A stretch of 54,973 nt of DNA from Candidatus Eiseniibacteriota bacterium (GTDB lineage Bacteria > Eisenbacteria > RBG-16-71-46), in assembly GCA_041483195.1 (NCBI GenBank), contig JBGPFC010000028.1, positions 1-54,973 on the forward strand. Direction: 5' to 3'. The position numbers were made by a program, and so were the translations under genes. The notes beneath the pieces were generated by a model. That model had not been told where the DNA came from and searched no databases. It worked only from the letters and a program-made list of their open reading frames with translations. Position 1 is the first letter of the stretch. Each line of letters opens with the position of its first letter. Below are positions 16,849 to 26,351 of the stretch, in pieces.

Positions 16849-19539
16849 CTATCTCAAGACTGCGGCCCTCGTCGCCCTCACGTTTCCGGCTTGTGTGAAC
16901 CGGACGAGGTAAACCCCCGGGAGCAACCGCACATCTTCCGCCAGATTCTCAGCGTGCCGTCCCGCACCGAGCGAGCCTACGTCGCGCTGCGCCACCCGAC
17001 GACCTGCGATGTCGAACAGCTCGAGCTTAGCTGGCGCCGCGCTCGGCAATACGAATTGGACCATCAGTTGCCCGCTCTGAGCCGGATTCGGTCGCACGCC
17101 CTCAAGTGCAAAGGTGGAGTTCTCAGCCACTACCCACACTTCACCCGCGAACACCTCCGCTCCGGCATCCATGATTCCGAGTCGGTAGCCGTACCGGACG
17201 CCAGCCGTGACTGCGAGATCCTCGTACAGGAGATACCCTGCGCCATCTGCGTCGATGTTCCCGAGCAAAGCCCAGTCTTCGGTCGTGGATCGCCGGTAGA
17301 CCGACGCAGAACCGCCTGCGTTTCCGCCTTCGTACCACATGAGCCGGATGCGGTCCGCGCGTGCGTCGGCGCTCACGAGCGACGCCAACGTCGCTACCGG
17401 GGATGCGGGGGAAACCAACGTAAATTGGCTGACGTTTCCATGCACATCAATCGCTGCGAGCTTGTAGTAGGCGATCGCAGTCTGCGGCGGCACGTCACGG
17501 TAGCCTGTGTCACGAGTGGCCAGCACCATGTTGCCCGCTCCTGGCACAAAGCCCGGAGCAGTTCCACGGTACAAGCGGAACTCTCGGAAGTCGGAGGCCC
17601 GGCTGCTGGTCCAGTGGAGAACCACATTCGCGGCTCCGTACACGGCCGCAAACGGGAGCGGCTGGGGCGGCGCGAGATTGTCAACGGAGTAGCCGCTGTC
17701 AATGTTTGACTGGTAGAAGGTGAACGGATCCACTGTGAGCGCACTGACAAAGAAGGCGGTGTAAGGATTGCTTCCCGTCACCGAATCTTGGGGTGTTGAG
17801 CCCGTGAAGCCGTATCCCGGGAGGCGCTCAGCCGGCAACGTTGCTACTGCTTCCCAATAGGTCGCGCTCGCAAGTCCGCGATCGGACAGGACGATTCTCG
17901 TACATTGCATCGGATCTACCACGGGGCTAGCCGCGTCCCGCGCCTGCGTGCTTTGGCGGGCCGCGAGCGCTGGCACACGGCGCCACACCCGGTAGCCCGT
18001 GATCGTTCGACTGGGCAATCGATCCGAACCGCTACCCTGCCATGTGAGGAACACGCGTCCGCCTTGGTCGCTCGGCACATCTCGGATGGCCACGATACTT
18101 GGTTCGTCAGTGTCGCGAAAGAGAACTTCGCCGTCGGCTGACACACGCTGTGCGTAGATATCGCTTTCGCTGCCGCTCCGGTCGTCCTGCCAAGTCGCAA
18201 TTGCTCCCCCCGCGCCGTCGGCGACGATCTCCTGAAAAGACTGGCCGAAGGGGGCGGCTGACAGGACTCTTCCGTTCGGGGACCAGGCGGGATCCATAGC
18301 GCCGCTTGCCAGCACGTGCTGAGCGTACAGATCCGGGTCGCCGTTCCCGCGGAAGTCCATCCAGGCGACAATCGCTCCGCCCGCAGCATCGGCGACGATT
18401 GTGGGGTAGTCTTGGTGACCCACGGCCGTGCACACAGGACTGCCCTGCACGGGCCACGCGGGATCTACTGCCCCGCTGGCCAGCACGTGCTGGGAGTAGA
18501 TGTCGTTGTTGAAGCTGTGGCGACCGTCCCACCACACGACGATTGCGCCCCCTCCGCCGTCCGAGGCAATCGCCGGGTCGTACTGGTAGTTGGGCTGGGT
18601 GCACAGGGCGCGGCCGTCCGTGGGCCAAGAGGGATCCACCGCCCCGCTGGCCAAGACGTGCTGCGCATAGATGTCGGCGTTTCCGCTGCGGGTGTCATTC
18701 CATGTGACGATGGCGCCTCCCGCGCCGTCTACGACAATATTGGGAGTGACCTGCTCATTCGCCGCCGAGCACAGGGCGCGTCCATCAGCGGGCCAGGCAG
18801 AATCCACGGCACCGGAGGCCAGCACATGCTGGGCGTAGATGTCGGAGTACGTGCCGCCGCGGAGGTCCTGCCAAGTGACGATGGCGCCCGCCGTGCCGTC
18901 GGCGACGATCGTCGGGTGCGTTTGGCTGTTCGCAGCGGTGCACAGGGCACGGCCGTCCGCCGGCCAGGCGGGATCGACCGTACCCGAGGCCAAGACGTGC
19001 TGGGCATATATGTCGGAGGTCGTGCCGCCGCGAGCGTCGGACCAGGCAACGATGGCGCCGCCCGAGCCGTCGGCGACGATTACCGGCGTGAACTGGTAAT
19101 ACGCGGCGGTACAGAGTGCACGGCCGTTGGCGGGCCAGGCGGGATCCGCCGCCCCCGAGGCTAGCACGTGCTGCGCGTAGATATCGAGGTCAGTGCCGCT
19201 GCGATTATCCTCCCACGTCACGATGGCACCGCCAGATCCGTCCGAGACGACTGTGGGATTATTTTGGTTGTCAAGAGCGGTGCACAGGGCTCGGCCGTCG
19301 GCGGGCCAAGCAGGATCCACCGCCCCGCTCGCCAAGACGTGCTGGGCGTAGATGTCGTAGGCCACGCTGCTACGCAAGTCTTGCCAAGCGACGATGGCGC
19401 CGCCAGCACCATCCGAGACGATGGTTGGTCTCGACTGCTCGCGCACGGCGGTGCACAAGGCAGTGCCGTTGTTCGTGCTCTGCGCATACGCTCTAGCAGC
19501 AAATAGAGCGAGTAGGATGAGAAAGAAAAGTCGCCTCAT
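16849..19539 (-). CDS. Secreted repeat beta-propeller protein with FN3-like and FlgD-Ig/T9SS-like C-terminal domains
   Basis: GGAGG RBS; signal peptide MRRLFFLILLALFAARAYA; 8 tandem ~57-aa repeats; DVP.DQGG.V and SVDNLAP motifs; C-terminal RPNP...FDIAGRRV...GVYLVR. Confidence 0.85.
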   Translation of the reverse strand: MRRLFFLILLALFAARAYAQSTNNGTALCTAVREQSRPTIVSDGAGGAIVAWQDLRSSVAYDIYAQHVLASGAVDPAWPADGRALCTALDNQNNPTVVSDGSGGAIVTWEDNRSGTDLDIYAQHVLASGAADPAWPANGRALCTAAYYQFTPVIVADGSGGAIVAWSDARGGTTSDIYAQHVLASGTVDPAWPADGRALCTAANSQTHPTIVADGTAGAIVTWQDLRGGTYSDIYAQHVLASGAVDSAWPADGRALCSAANEQVTPNIVVDGAGGAIVTWNDTRSGNADIYAQHVLASGAVDPSWPTDGRALCTQPNYQYDPAIASDGGGGAIVVWWDGRHSFNNDIYSQHVLASGAVDPAWPVQGSPVCTAVGHQDYPTIVADAAGGAIVAWMDFRGNGDPDLYAQHVLASGAMDPAWSPNGRVLSAAPFGQSFQEIVADGAGGAIATWQDDRSGSESDIYAQRVSADGEVLFRDTDEPSIVAIRDVPSDQGGRVFLTWQGSGSDRLPSRTITGYRVWRRVPALAARQSTQARDAASPVVDPMQCTRIVLSDRGLASATYWEAVATLPAERLPGYGFTGSTPQDSVTGSNPYTAFFVSALTVDPFTFYQSNIDSGYSVDNLAPPQPLPFAAVYGAANVVLHWTSSRASDFREFRLYRGTAPGFVPGAGNMVLATRDTGYRDVPPQTAIAYYKLAAIDVHGNVSQFTLVSPASPVATLASLVSADARADRIRLMWYEGGNAGGSASVYRRSTTEDWALLGNIDADGAGYLLYEDLAVTAGVRYGYRLGIMDAGAEVFAGEVWVVAENSTFALEGVRPNPAQSGQLMVQFVLPSAAPAKLELFDIAGRRVAQRDVGSLGAGRHAENLAEDVRLLPGVYLVRFTQAGNVRATRAAVLR
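18130..19461 (-). repeat. Eight tandem ~57-aa (~171 nt) coding repeats
   Basis: Consensus ALCTA..Q..P.IV.DG.GGAIV.W.D.R....DIYAQHVLASGAVDPAWPADGR. Confidence 0.9.
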
Positions 19540-19915
19540 AGCAGACCTCCGAGCTCGGATGACGAAACGGCGATCACTGACATACTTGCACTCGGCTGAC
19601 GCGAGAGTATGAGGGAGAGCGGCCACGCGCGGCCGTAACTGAGTGCTTGGCGAGCATGACGGTCTCCAAGGTTGCGGCCGAGCTGGAACGAGGCAGCTCC
19701 GCAGCGGGGAACAGGATTGTACGCCCGCTCGGGGTGGCTCCAGCGGCATTTCTGCGCGGCAGCGGACCGCGTTCTCAGTCACCCCGTCAGGGTCCTCGCG
19801 GCCCAATCGAAGAATCGTTCGCTCCTGCCGATCCTTTGCTCCGTGCACGCGCCGCCCGCATGCTCTAGTGTTCCCCGGCCGCGCCCCAGCCTCGCTTCCG
19901 TCCATGGAGGGACCC

Positions 19916-21472
19916 GTGCTCGAGTCCAGCGCCCCGCTCTTTCACACCGCGAAGTACACGGACCCGCGGCAGGTGCTCGAGACCATCTTCGGATTTCGCG
20001 AGTTCCGCCCCGGGCAACGCGCGATCATCGATGCGGTGCTGGCCGGGCGGGACTGCGTCGGCGTGATGCCGACCGGCGCCGGCAAGTCGCTCACGTTTCA
20101 GATCCCGGCCAAGGTCCTGCCGGGCGCCGTGCTCGTGATCTCGCCGCTGATCTCGCTCATGAAGGATCAGATGGACGCGCTGGTGCGCTTCGGATTCCGC
20201 GCGACCGTCGTGAACTCCAGCCTCGACTTCGAGGAGCGCCGCGCGCGGCTCTCGGCATTCCGTCGCGGCGAGGTCGAGGTGTTCTACCTCGCGCCCGAGG
20301 CGCTCGAGGGTTCGCTGCGCCAGTTCATCGCCGGCTGCCCCGTGAGCCTGGTGGTGGTGGACGAGGCGCATTGCATCAGCCACTGGGGCCACGACTTCAG
20401 GCCGGCCTACCGCAGGCTCTCGGGATTGAAGGGCGAGCTGGGCGACATCCCGGTGCTCGCGCTCACCGCGACCGCGACCCGCCGCGTCACCGAAGACATC
20501 ATCCGCGAGCTGGGCATGCGCGAGCCCGCCGCCTACCGCGGCTCGTTCTTCCGCCCGAACCTCGTGATCACCGCGAGCAAGAAGGGCGCGCAGGGCGGCG
20601 CCCCGGCGCGCAACACGCGCGGCGATCTGCTGGGCGTGGTGCGCCGCCACGCGGGGGAGAGCGGCATCGTCTACTGCCTGAGCCGCCGCAGCGTGGACGG
20701 CCTCGCGGAGTGGCTGCGGGCGCAGGGCGTGCGCGCCGCCGCGTATCACGCGGGCCTCGCCGACGACGAGCGCACGCGGGTGCAGGACGCGTTCGCGCGC
20801 GACGATCTCGACGTGGTGGTCGCGACCGTGGCGTTCGGGATGGGGATCGACAAGAGCAACGTGCGGTTCGTGATCCACCGCGACATGCCGCGCAGCGTCG
20901 AGGCGTGGTACCAGGAGATCGGCCGCGCCGGGCGCGACGGGCTGCCGAGCGACTGCGTGCTCATGTACTCGTGGGCCGACGTGATCGGCTACGAGGCGTT
21001 CCTCTCGGAGATCCAGGACGACGCGGTGCGCGCGGAGACGCGCAAGAAGACGACCGACATGTTCCGCCTGGTGGATCGCGGCGGCTGCCGCCATCAGGCG
21101 CTGGTGCGTTACTTCGAAGAGACGATCGCGCCGTGTGCCGGCTCGTGCGACGTGTGCCGCGGCGCGGGGATCGAGACGCTGGTGGCGGCCGCGCCGCGCG
21201 CGGCATCCCGAGCCCGCACGGCGCGGGCCGCGGCGGCCGAAGAGGCCTTCGCCGACCCCGAGCGCTTCCAGCGGCTGCGCGCGGTGCGCAAGCGGCTCGC
21301 GGACGCCGAGGGCGTGCCCGCCTACATCGTGTTCAGCGACGCCGTGCTCCGGCAGATGGCGGCGCAGGTGCCACGCACGAAGGCCGAGATGCTCGCCCTC
21401 TCCGGCGTCGGCCCGGTCAAGCTCGAGCGCTACGGCGAAGCGTTCCTCGAGGTGTTGCGCTCCGAAGCTTAG
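19916..21472 (+). CDS. recQ: RecQ-family DNA helicase with HRDC domain
   Basis: MPTGAGKS, DEAHCISHWGHDFRP, TATA, ATVAFGMGIDK, QEIGRAGRDG, Zn site CRH...CAGSCDVC and HRDC VPAYIVFSD. GGAGG precedes GTG 19916; TTGCTC-17-CATGCT lies at 19836-19864. Confidence 0.93.
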   Translation: MLESSAPLFHTAKYTDPRQVLETIFGFREFRPGQRAIIDAVLAGRDCVGVMPTGAGKSLTFQIPAKVLPGAVLVISPLISLMKDQMDALVRFGFRATVVNSSLDFEERRARLSAFRRGEVEVFYLAPEALEGSLRQFIAGCPVSLVVVDEAHCISHWGHDFRPAYRRLSGLKGELGDIPVLALTATATRRVTEDIIRELGMREPAAYRGSFFRPNLVITASKKGAQGGAPARNTRGDLLGVVRRHAGESGIVYCLSRRSVDGLAEWLRAQGVRAAAYHAGLADDERTRVQDAFARDDLDVVVATVAFGMGIDKSNVRFVIHRDMPRSVEAWYQEIGRAGRDGLPSDCVLMYSWADVIGYEAFLSEIQDDAVRAETRKKTTDMFRLVDRGGCRHQALVRYFEETIAPCAGSCDVCRGAGIETLVAAAPRAASRARTARAAAAEEAFADPERFQRLRAVRKRLADAEGVPAYIVFSDAVLRQMAAQVPRTKAEMLALSGVGPVKLERYGEAFLEVLRSEA

Positions 21473-21504
21473 GCCCGGCGCGAGCGACACCTCCCGCGGA
21501 ACGG

Positions 21505-22182
21505 CTACCGGCCCTCCGAAGGTCGCACGCGGTTCGGGAACGGATCGACCCGCGCATCGAAGCTCGGGTAATCGGTCGCGCCCGGATCGATGAGGTGGCT
21601 CGCGACCCAGTAGCGTCTCGCGAGCGCGACCGAATCGCGCGGGGCCCGCGCCAGGATCGCCTCGTAGCAATCCAGCGCCTCGAGCGGAAGCCCGAGGATC
21701 TCGTAGAAATTGCCGACGTAGCGTTTCGCCCGCGTCCAGTCGTCCAGGCTCTTCGCGCACGCCGCCGCCGAATCCATGAGCGTGATGGCGAGGCGCTCGT
21801 GCCGGATGCGCTGGAGACTGGTGCGCAGCGGCGAGCGGGCGCGGCCCGAGGCGGCCGGCCGATCCAGCGACACGTTGTGGATCGCGAGCGCGAGGTCGCA
21901 CAGCGCACCGGAAAATCGAGGCGAGCGATCGACGAGCGGCACTCCCCAGCGGATCACGCTCATCCAGTCGTGCCTCGCGTTCGCCGCGTCGACGCTCTCG
22001 GCGAGCGCTGCGATGCTCGAGGCCGCCGCGATTCGATCCGAGGCGGCGCCCGGCGCCCGTTTCGGATGGGATCGCGACCACCACAGCCCGGCGGCCACCA
22101 ACGCGGCGAGCAGGAGCGCGGCGACGAGCCACGCGCGCCGCGGTCGCCGGCGGCTCGATGGACTCCTTCTGCGCCGCTTCAT
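21505..22182 (-). CDS. Membrane-anchored hypothetical protein with TPR-like helices
   Basis: Basic N-terminus plus TM helix; VGNFYEILG...EALDCYE TPR-like segment; ATGA overlap with the upstream gene. Confidence 0.6.
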   Translation of the reverse strand: MKRRRRSPSSRRRPRRAWLVAALLLAALVAAGLWWSRSHPKRAPGAASDRIAAASSIAALAESVDAANARHDWMSVIRWGVPLVDRSPRFSGALCDLALAIHNVSLDRPAASGRARSPLRTSLQRIRHERLAITLMDSAAACAKSLDDWTRAKRYVGNFYEILGLPLEALDCYEAILARAPRDSVALARRYWVASHLIDPGATDYPSFDARVDPFPNRVRPSEGR

Positions 22183-24335
22183 CGAATGTTCCCCGCGCGT
22201 TCGATCGCGACCTGGACGATCGCCTCGCTCGTCCCGGGCGCGCATTCGATCCAGCGCCCCTCCACCAGCCGCGCCCCCGGCGTGAGCGCGCTCACCGCGC
22301 GCGCGCCATCCGGGACTCGGACGCGGGTGAGCACCGCGACCGGCGTCCACGACACATGGAGACGATCGGGCGAGGGGCGATCGAGCGCGACCGTCACGCG
22401 ACCGAAGCGCGTCGGCGCGTTCTCGAAGCGCGTGCCGCCCCACCACGAGAGTCCGCCGCCGAGCGCCACCTCGAGCGTGTCGCGCCAGTCGCACACGATC
22501 ATGTTGCGCATCAGATCCACGAGCGTGGCGGCGGCCGTCGCATGCGGGGGAAGGTTCTCGCCGAACTCGCCGCCTTCGCGCTCGAAGACCTCGGCCTGGC
22601 CGAGCGTCGAGCTGGAATGGGCGAGCAGCGCCCGCAGGTAGTCGCGCGCATCGCCGGGACGGCCGGCGAGCAGCGCGTTCTGCGCGAGGTCGGCTCCGAG
22701 GTAGGTATGAAGCAGGTCCGCACGGCCATAGCTCGCGAGCCCCGCGCGGCCCGCTGCGCCCCACATCCGTCGCGCGAGCGCCTCGAGCCGCGGGGCGTCG
22801 GGTGGAATGACCCCGGTCGGATAGCCGGTCGCGGCATTGCCCCAGTCGAGACCCACGCCCTGCCAGGAGGGCGGCACGTCGAGGCTGCGCGTGCGCGCGA
22901 GCGCGCGATCGAAGGTGTCGCGCAGGTCGCGCGCCGCATCGAGCGCGCGACGCTCCAGCGGCGCGTCACCCCCGATTCGCGCGAGCGCCGCGGCGGCGCG
23001 GCAGGCGGCGAAGCACCATGCGTCGTTGCCGACCAGCTGCGCGCGCGCCACCTCGGCGTCGTGCGGATCGCAGAATGGCAGGAGCCCCGGCCACGCGAGT
23101 CCCAGGCTGCGAGTGACCCGCCGCTGGCGCTCGATCCAATCCAGCGCGAGGGCGGCGTGGGGAAGGAAGCGCCGCGCGGCCTCGCGGTCGGGGGGCAGCG
23201 CGCACGCCTGCTCGAATGCCCAGAGCGCCTCCCCGGTGCCGTCGAGCTGACCGCGCTGCGAGAGCAGGGCGCCCGTTGGCAGCGCGAAGCGCGCCAGCGT
23301 CCGCGCGTCGTCGCGCGCGAGATCGGTGAGGCCCGCCACCGCGAGCGCGCGCACCACGCGCGCGCCGTCCCGCAGCCACACGTCCCGGTACTGGAAGGGA
23401 TTCCCGATCGGAACCCATCCGCCCTCATCCCGCTCCTGGCATTGAATGAGGGTGACGAGCGCGGCGCGCCACGCGGCATTGACCAGCGAGTCGGGAGTCG
23501 CGAGCGGCGCCGTGCGCGCCATCCATTCGCGCCAGAGCCGGCGCGCGCGCTCGACCACCTCGCGATGGGAACGTCCCGAGATCGGCGTGGTGGAAGCGGC
23601 CAGCGGATAGAGCGGCATCCAGAACTCGCAGCTGCGATGCTCTCCGGATTTCATGCGCGCGCGCGACTCCGCGACCAGCTCGCCAGCATCCGCATGCGAA
23701 ATGCCGGTGCGCCGCCCCGCGCCCCGCGCGCGGGTCACGGGCACGCAACCCGCGCGCGGCGCGGCAAGCATCCTGCCGTCTCGGCAGGCGATGCCGTCCT
23801 TCCACTCGCCGCTCCTGCCGTGATCGTCCAGCGCGTCCCATGGCGCAACGTGCGGCCCATCGGGCTCCGGGCGCACGCGCACCTCGAGCACGCTCTCGCC
23901 GGGCTCGCTCGCGCGCCACACCACGGTCGCGAGCACCGTCAGCTCGAGCGAGCTGTCGCCGAGCGCCGGGTTTGGCGCGGCCGCGGCTTCGAAGGTCACG
24001 GACTCGCGCTCGCTCACCATCCACCAGTGGGCGACCGGCACGCCGTCGCGCTCGAAGCAGACCGGCGAGGTGCGCACCGCGCCCGAGGCCGAGGCGAGCC
24101 GCCACGTCAGCGCGGCATCGCCGCCGCTCACCTGGCTCCCGCTCCCGATCTGGAACGCTCTCCTCGCGCCCGGAAACCCGAGCGCCGCGATCGAGCGGGC
24201 GTAGTGCTCGGGCAGGATCAGCGCCGTGCCGGGAATCGCGGCGGGATCGGAGCGCGCCGCCGACGCGCAGAGCGCGAGCGACGCGAGGGCGAGCCACGCC
24301 GCTCGCGCGAGGCGACCGCGCCCGGACCGGGACAC
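22179..24335 (-). CDS. Secreted six-hairpin glycosidase-like protein
   Basis: Signal peptide; Y..VWLRDGA motif typical of (alpha/alpha)6 glycosidases; start position approximate. Confidence 0.6.
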   Translation of the reverse strand: MSRSGRGRLARAAWLALASLALCASAARSDPAAIPGTALILPEHYARSIAALGFPGARRAFQIGSGSQVSGGDAALTWRLASASGAVRTSPVCFERDGVPVAHWWMVSERESVTFEAAAAPNPALGDSSLELTVLATVVWRASEPGESVLEVRVRPEPDGPHVAPWDALDDHGRSGEWKDGIACRDGRMLAAPRAGCVPVTRARGAGRRTGISHADAGELVAESRARMKSGEHRSCEFWMPLYPLAASTTPISGRSHREVVERARRLWREWMARTAPLATPDSLVNAAWRAALVTLIQCQERDEGGWVPIGNPFQYRDVWLRDGARVVRALAVAGLTDLARDDARTLARFALPTGALLSQRGQLDGTGEALWAFEQACALPPDREAARRFLPHAALALDWIERQRRVTRSLGLAWPGLLPFCDPHDAEVARAQLVGNDAWCFAACRAAAALARIGGDAPLERRALDAARDLRDTFDRALARTRSLDVPPSWQGVGLDWGNAATGYPTGVIPPDAPRLEALARRMWGAAGRAGLASYGRADLLHTYLGADLAQNALLAGRPGDARDYLRALLAHSSSTLGQAEVFEREGGEFGENLPPHATAAATLVDLMRNMIVCDWRDTLEVALGGGLSWWGGTRFENAPTRFGRVTVALDRPSPDRLHVSWTPVAVLTRVRVPDGARAVSALTPGARLVEGRWIECAPGTSEAIVQVAIERAGNIR

Positions 24336-24440
24336 TCGAGATGTCTTCAGGCGCTCAATCAAGGCGGCCTCTCCGCGTGCGTGCTTCGCCGCCGGCGTTC
24401 GCGCGGGCGTCGGGCGCCGCAATCTACAACTTCCGGCGCC

Positions 24441-24469
24441 TCGACGCCCTCACACGAGCGGTGTACTTT
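24441..24469 (+). promoter_or_regulatory. sigma70 promoter, near-leaderless mqnA
   Basis: TCGACG-17nt-TACTTT, 9 nt before ATG, with no SD. Confidence 0.5.
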
Positions 24470-24478
24470 CCCCGTTCC

Positions 24479-25276
24479 ATGAACCCCGCCTCGCGCCCGA
24501 TCACCGGCACCGTCGCCGCGCGCATTCCCTACGCGAACGCCGCGCCTTTCTACGCGCTATGGGGCGATGCGCCGTTCGCGGTGCGCAACCTGGTTCCGCG
24601 CGACCTCGGCCGCGAGGCCGAAGCGGGAACGGTGGACATGGGTCTCATGGCGAGCGGCGACTACCTGCGACTGCGCGATCGCTTCGAGCTGCTCGCGCCG
24701 GCCATGGGCGTCGCCGCGCGCGGCCCGGTGCAGTCGGTGCTGCTGTTCTCGCGCCGTCCCCCGGGATCGCTCGCTGGCGCGCTGATCTCGGTGACGCCCG
24801 AGACCTCGACCTCGATCCGGCTGCTGCGCCTGCTGCTCGACACGCGGCGCGGGCTCGACGGCGTGCGCTACGTGCGCGGGCTCGAGCCGTCGCAGGCCGA
24901 CGCGCTGCTCATGATCGGAGACCGCGCGATGCGCATGCGCCGGCAGCGGCCCGAGGGGTTCACGCACACGCTCGACCTGGGCGACGACTGGCTCGAATGG
25001 ACGCAGCTCTCGTTCGTGTACGCGGTGTGGGCGGTGCGTCGCGCGCTCGATCCCGCGCTCAAGGCCGAGCTCGGAGGCTTCCTCGAGTCGTCGCTCGCCG
25101 CCGGCCTCGCCGACCTGCGCGAGGTCGCGCGCGCGCAGACCGAGCCGGGCTGGACGGTGGACGAGACCGAGGCCTACCTCAGGCGTTTTCACTACCGGCT
25201 CGGACCCGAGGATCTGGCGGGTCTCGATCGATTCGACGCGTTGCTCCGCCAGCACGGGCTGATCGACCTGGACTGA
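24479..25276 (+). CDS. mqnA: Chorismate dehydratase MqnA
   Basis: IPYAN..PFY, G.V.SV.LF, S.TS..LL, LMIGDRA, DLG..W..WT and FVYAVW motifs. Confidence 0.85.
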   Translation: MNPASRPITGTVAARIPYANAAPFYALWGDAPFAVRNLVPRDLGREAEAGTVDMGLMASGDYLRLRDRFELLAPAMGVAARGPVQSVLLFSRRPPGSLAGALISVTPETSTSIRLLRLLLDTRRGLDGVRYVRGLEPSQADALLMIGDRAMRMRRQRPEGFTHTLDLGDDWLEWTQLSFVYAVWAVRRALDPALKAELGGFLESSLAAGLADLREVARAQTEPGWTVDETEAYLRRFHYRLGPEDLAGLDRFDALLRQHGLIDLD

Positions 25277-25463
25277 GCCGGGCGTCGCCCGTCCTGGAAC
25301 GCCGGCCGCCGCCACCGGCCGCAACTCCCCGGGTCGCGGCTGCGTATCCGTCCGCGCCCACGCGCCGCCGAAGGCGTAACATGGCGCACCAGGATTCACC
25401 CGCACCTCCACCGCCGACCCGAGCTCCGCCGCGGCCGGCGCCCATCCCGTGAGGAGATCCGCG

Positions 25464-26264
25464 ATGCCCACCATGCACGAAGTGGATTACGAGATCGTCG
25501 GCGACGACCTGCAGTTCGTGAAGATCGAGCTCGACCCGGGCGAGGCGGTGGTCGGCGAGGCCGGGGCGATGATGTATCTCGAAGACGGCATCCAGATGCA
25601 GACCATCTTCGGCGACGGCTCGCAGCAGAAGGGCGGGCTGATGGACGCGCTGCTCGGCGCGGGCAAGCGCCTGCTGGTGGGCGAGTCGCTCTTCATGACG
25701 GTGTTCCAGAACCAGGGGCAGGGCAAGAGCAAGGCCGCGTTCGCCGCGCCGTATCCCGGCAAGATCATCGCGATCCATCTCGCGCAGCTGGGCGGCGAGC
25801 TGCTGGCCCAGAAGGATTCGTTCCTGGTCGCCGCGAAGGGCGTCAGCATCGGCATCGCGTTCACGAAGCGTTTCGGCGCCGGGCTGTTCGGCGGCGAAGG
25901 CTTCATCCTCGAACGGTTGCAGGGCGACGGCTGGGCGTTCGTGCACGCGGGCGGCACGCTCGAGGAGAAGACGCTCGCGGCGGGCCAGACGCTGCGCGTG
26001 GACACCGGCTGCATCGTGGCGATGCAGCCATCGGTCGAGTACGACATCCAGTTCGTCGGCAATCTGAAGAGCGCGATCTTCGGCGGCGAGGGATTATTCT
26101 TCGCGACGCTCAAGGGGCCCGGCCGGGTGTGGCTCCAGTCGCTTCCGTTCTCGCGCCTCGCGAGCCGCATCTACGCGGCGGCCCCGCAGACCGGCGGACG
26201 GCGGCGCGAGGAAGGCTCGCTGCTGGGCGGGCTCGGCAACCTGCTCGACGGGGACGGGCGCTAG
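25464..26264 (+). CDS. TIGR00266/AIM24 family protein
   Basis: ELDPGEAV.GEAGAMM, GESLF, GGEGF and GPG.VWLQSLPFSR motifs; GAGGAG RBS. Confidence 0.9.
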   Translation: MPTMHEVDYEIVGDDLQFVKIELDPGEAVVGEAGAMMYLEDGIQMQTIFGDGSQQKGGLMDALLGAGKRLLVGESLFMTVFQNQGQGKSKAAFAAPYPGKIIAIHLAQLGGELLAQKDSFLVAAKGVSIGIAFTKRFGAGLFGGEGFILERLQGDGWAFVHAGGTLEEKTLAAGQTLRVDTGCIVAMQPSVEYDIQFVGNLKSAIFGGEGLFFATLKGPGRVWLQSLPFSRLASRIYAAAPQTGGRRREEGSLLGGLGNLLDGDGR

Positions 26265-26351
26265 CGCCGGCCGTCCGCAACGGGTATTAATCCCGGGTTC
26301 GCGAAGCAACCCGCACCACCCCGCACTTCGCCGAAACTCCAGGGAGGCCCC

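Noticed and set aside
18130..19461. Repeats as a CRISPR array or DGR template/variable region
   Set aside because: They are in-frame coding repeats with synonymous divergence, no unique spacers, and no cas or reverse transcriptase gene.
19834..19860. Possible second LexA box upstream of recQ (TGCTC-C-GTGCA)
   Set aside because: Half-site spacing is 1 nt rather than 4, so it does not fit the motif.
14351..21472. OLD + RecQ as a Gabija-like nuclease-helicase pair
   Set aside because: The genes are on opposite strands, 3.7 kb apart, separated by an unrelated gene; RecQ is SF2 with core-genome codon usage, not the UvrD-like GajB.
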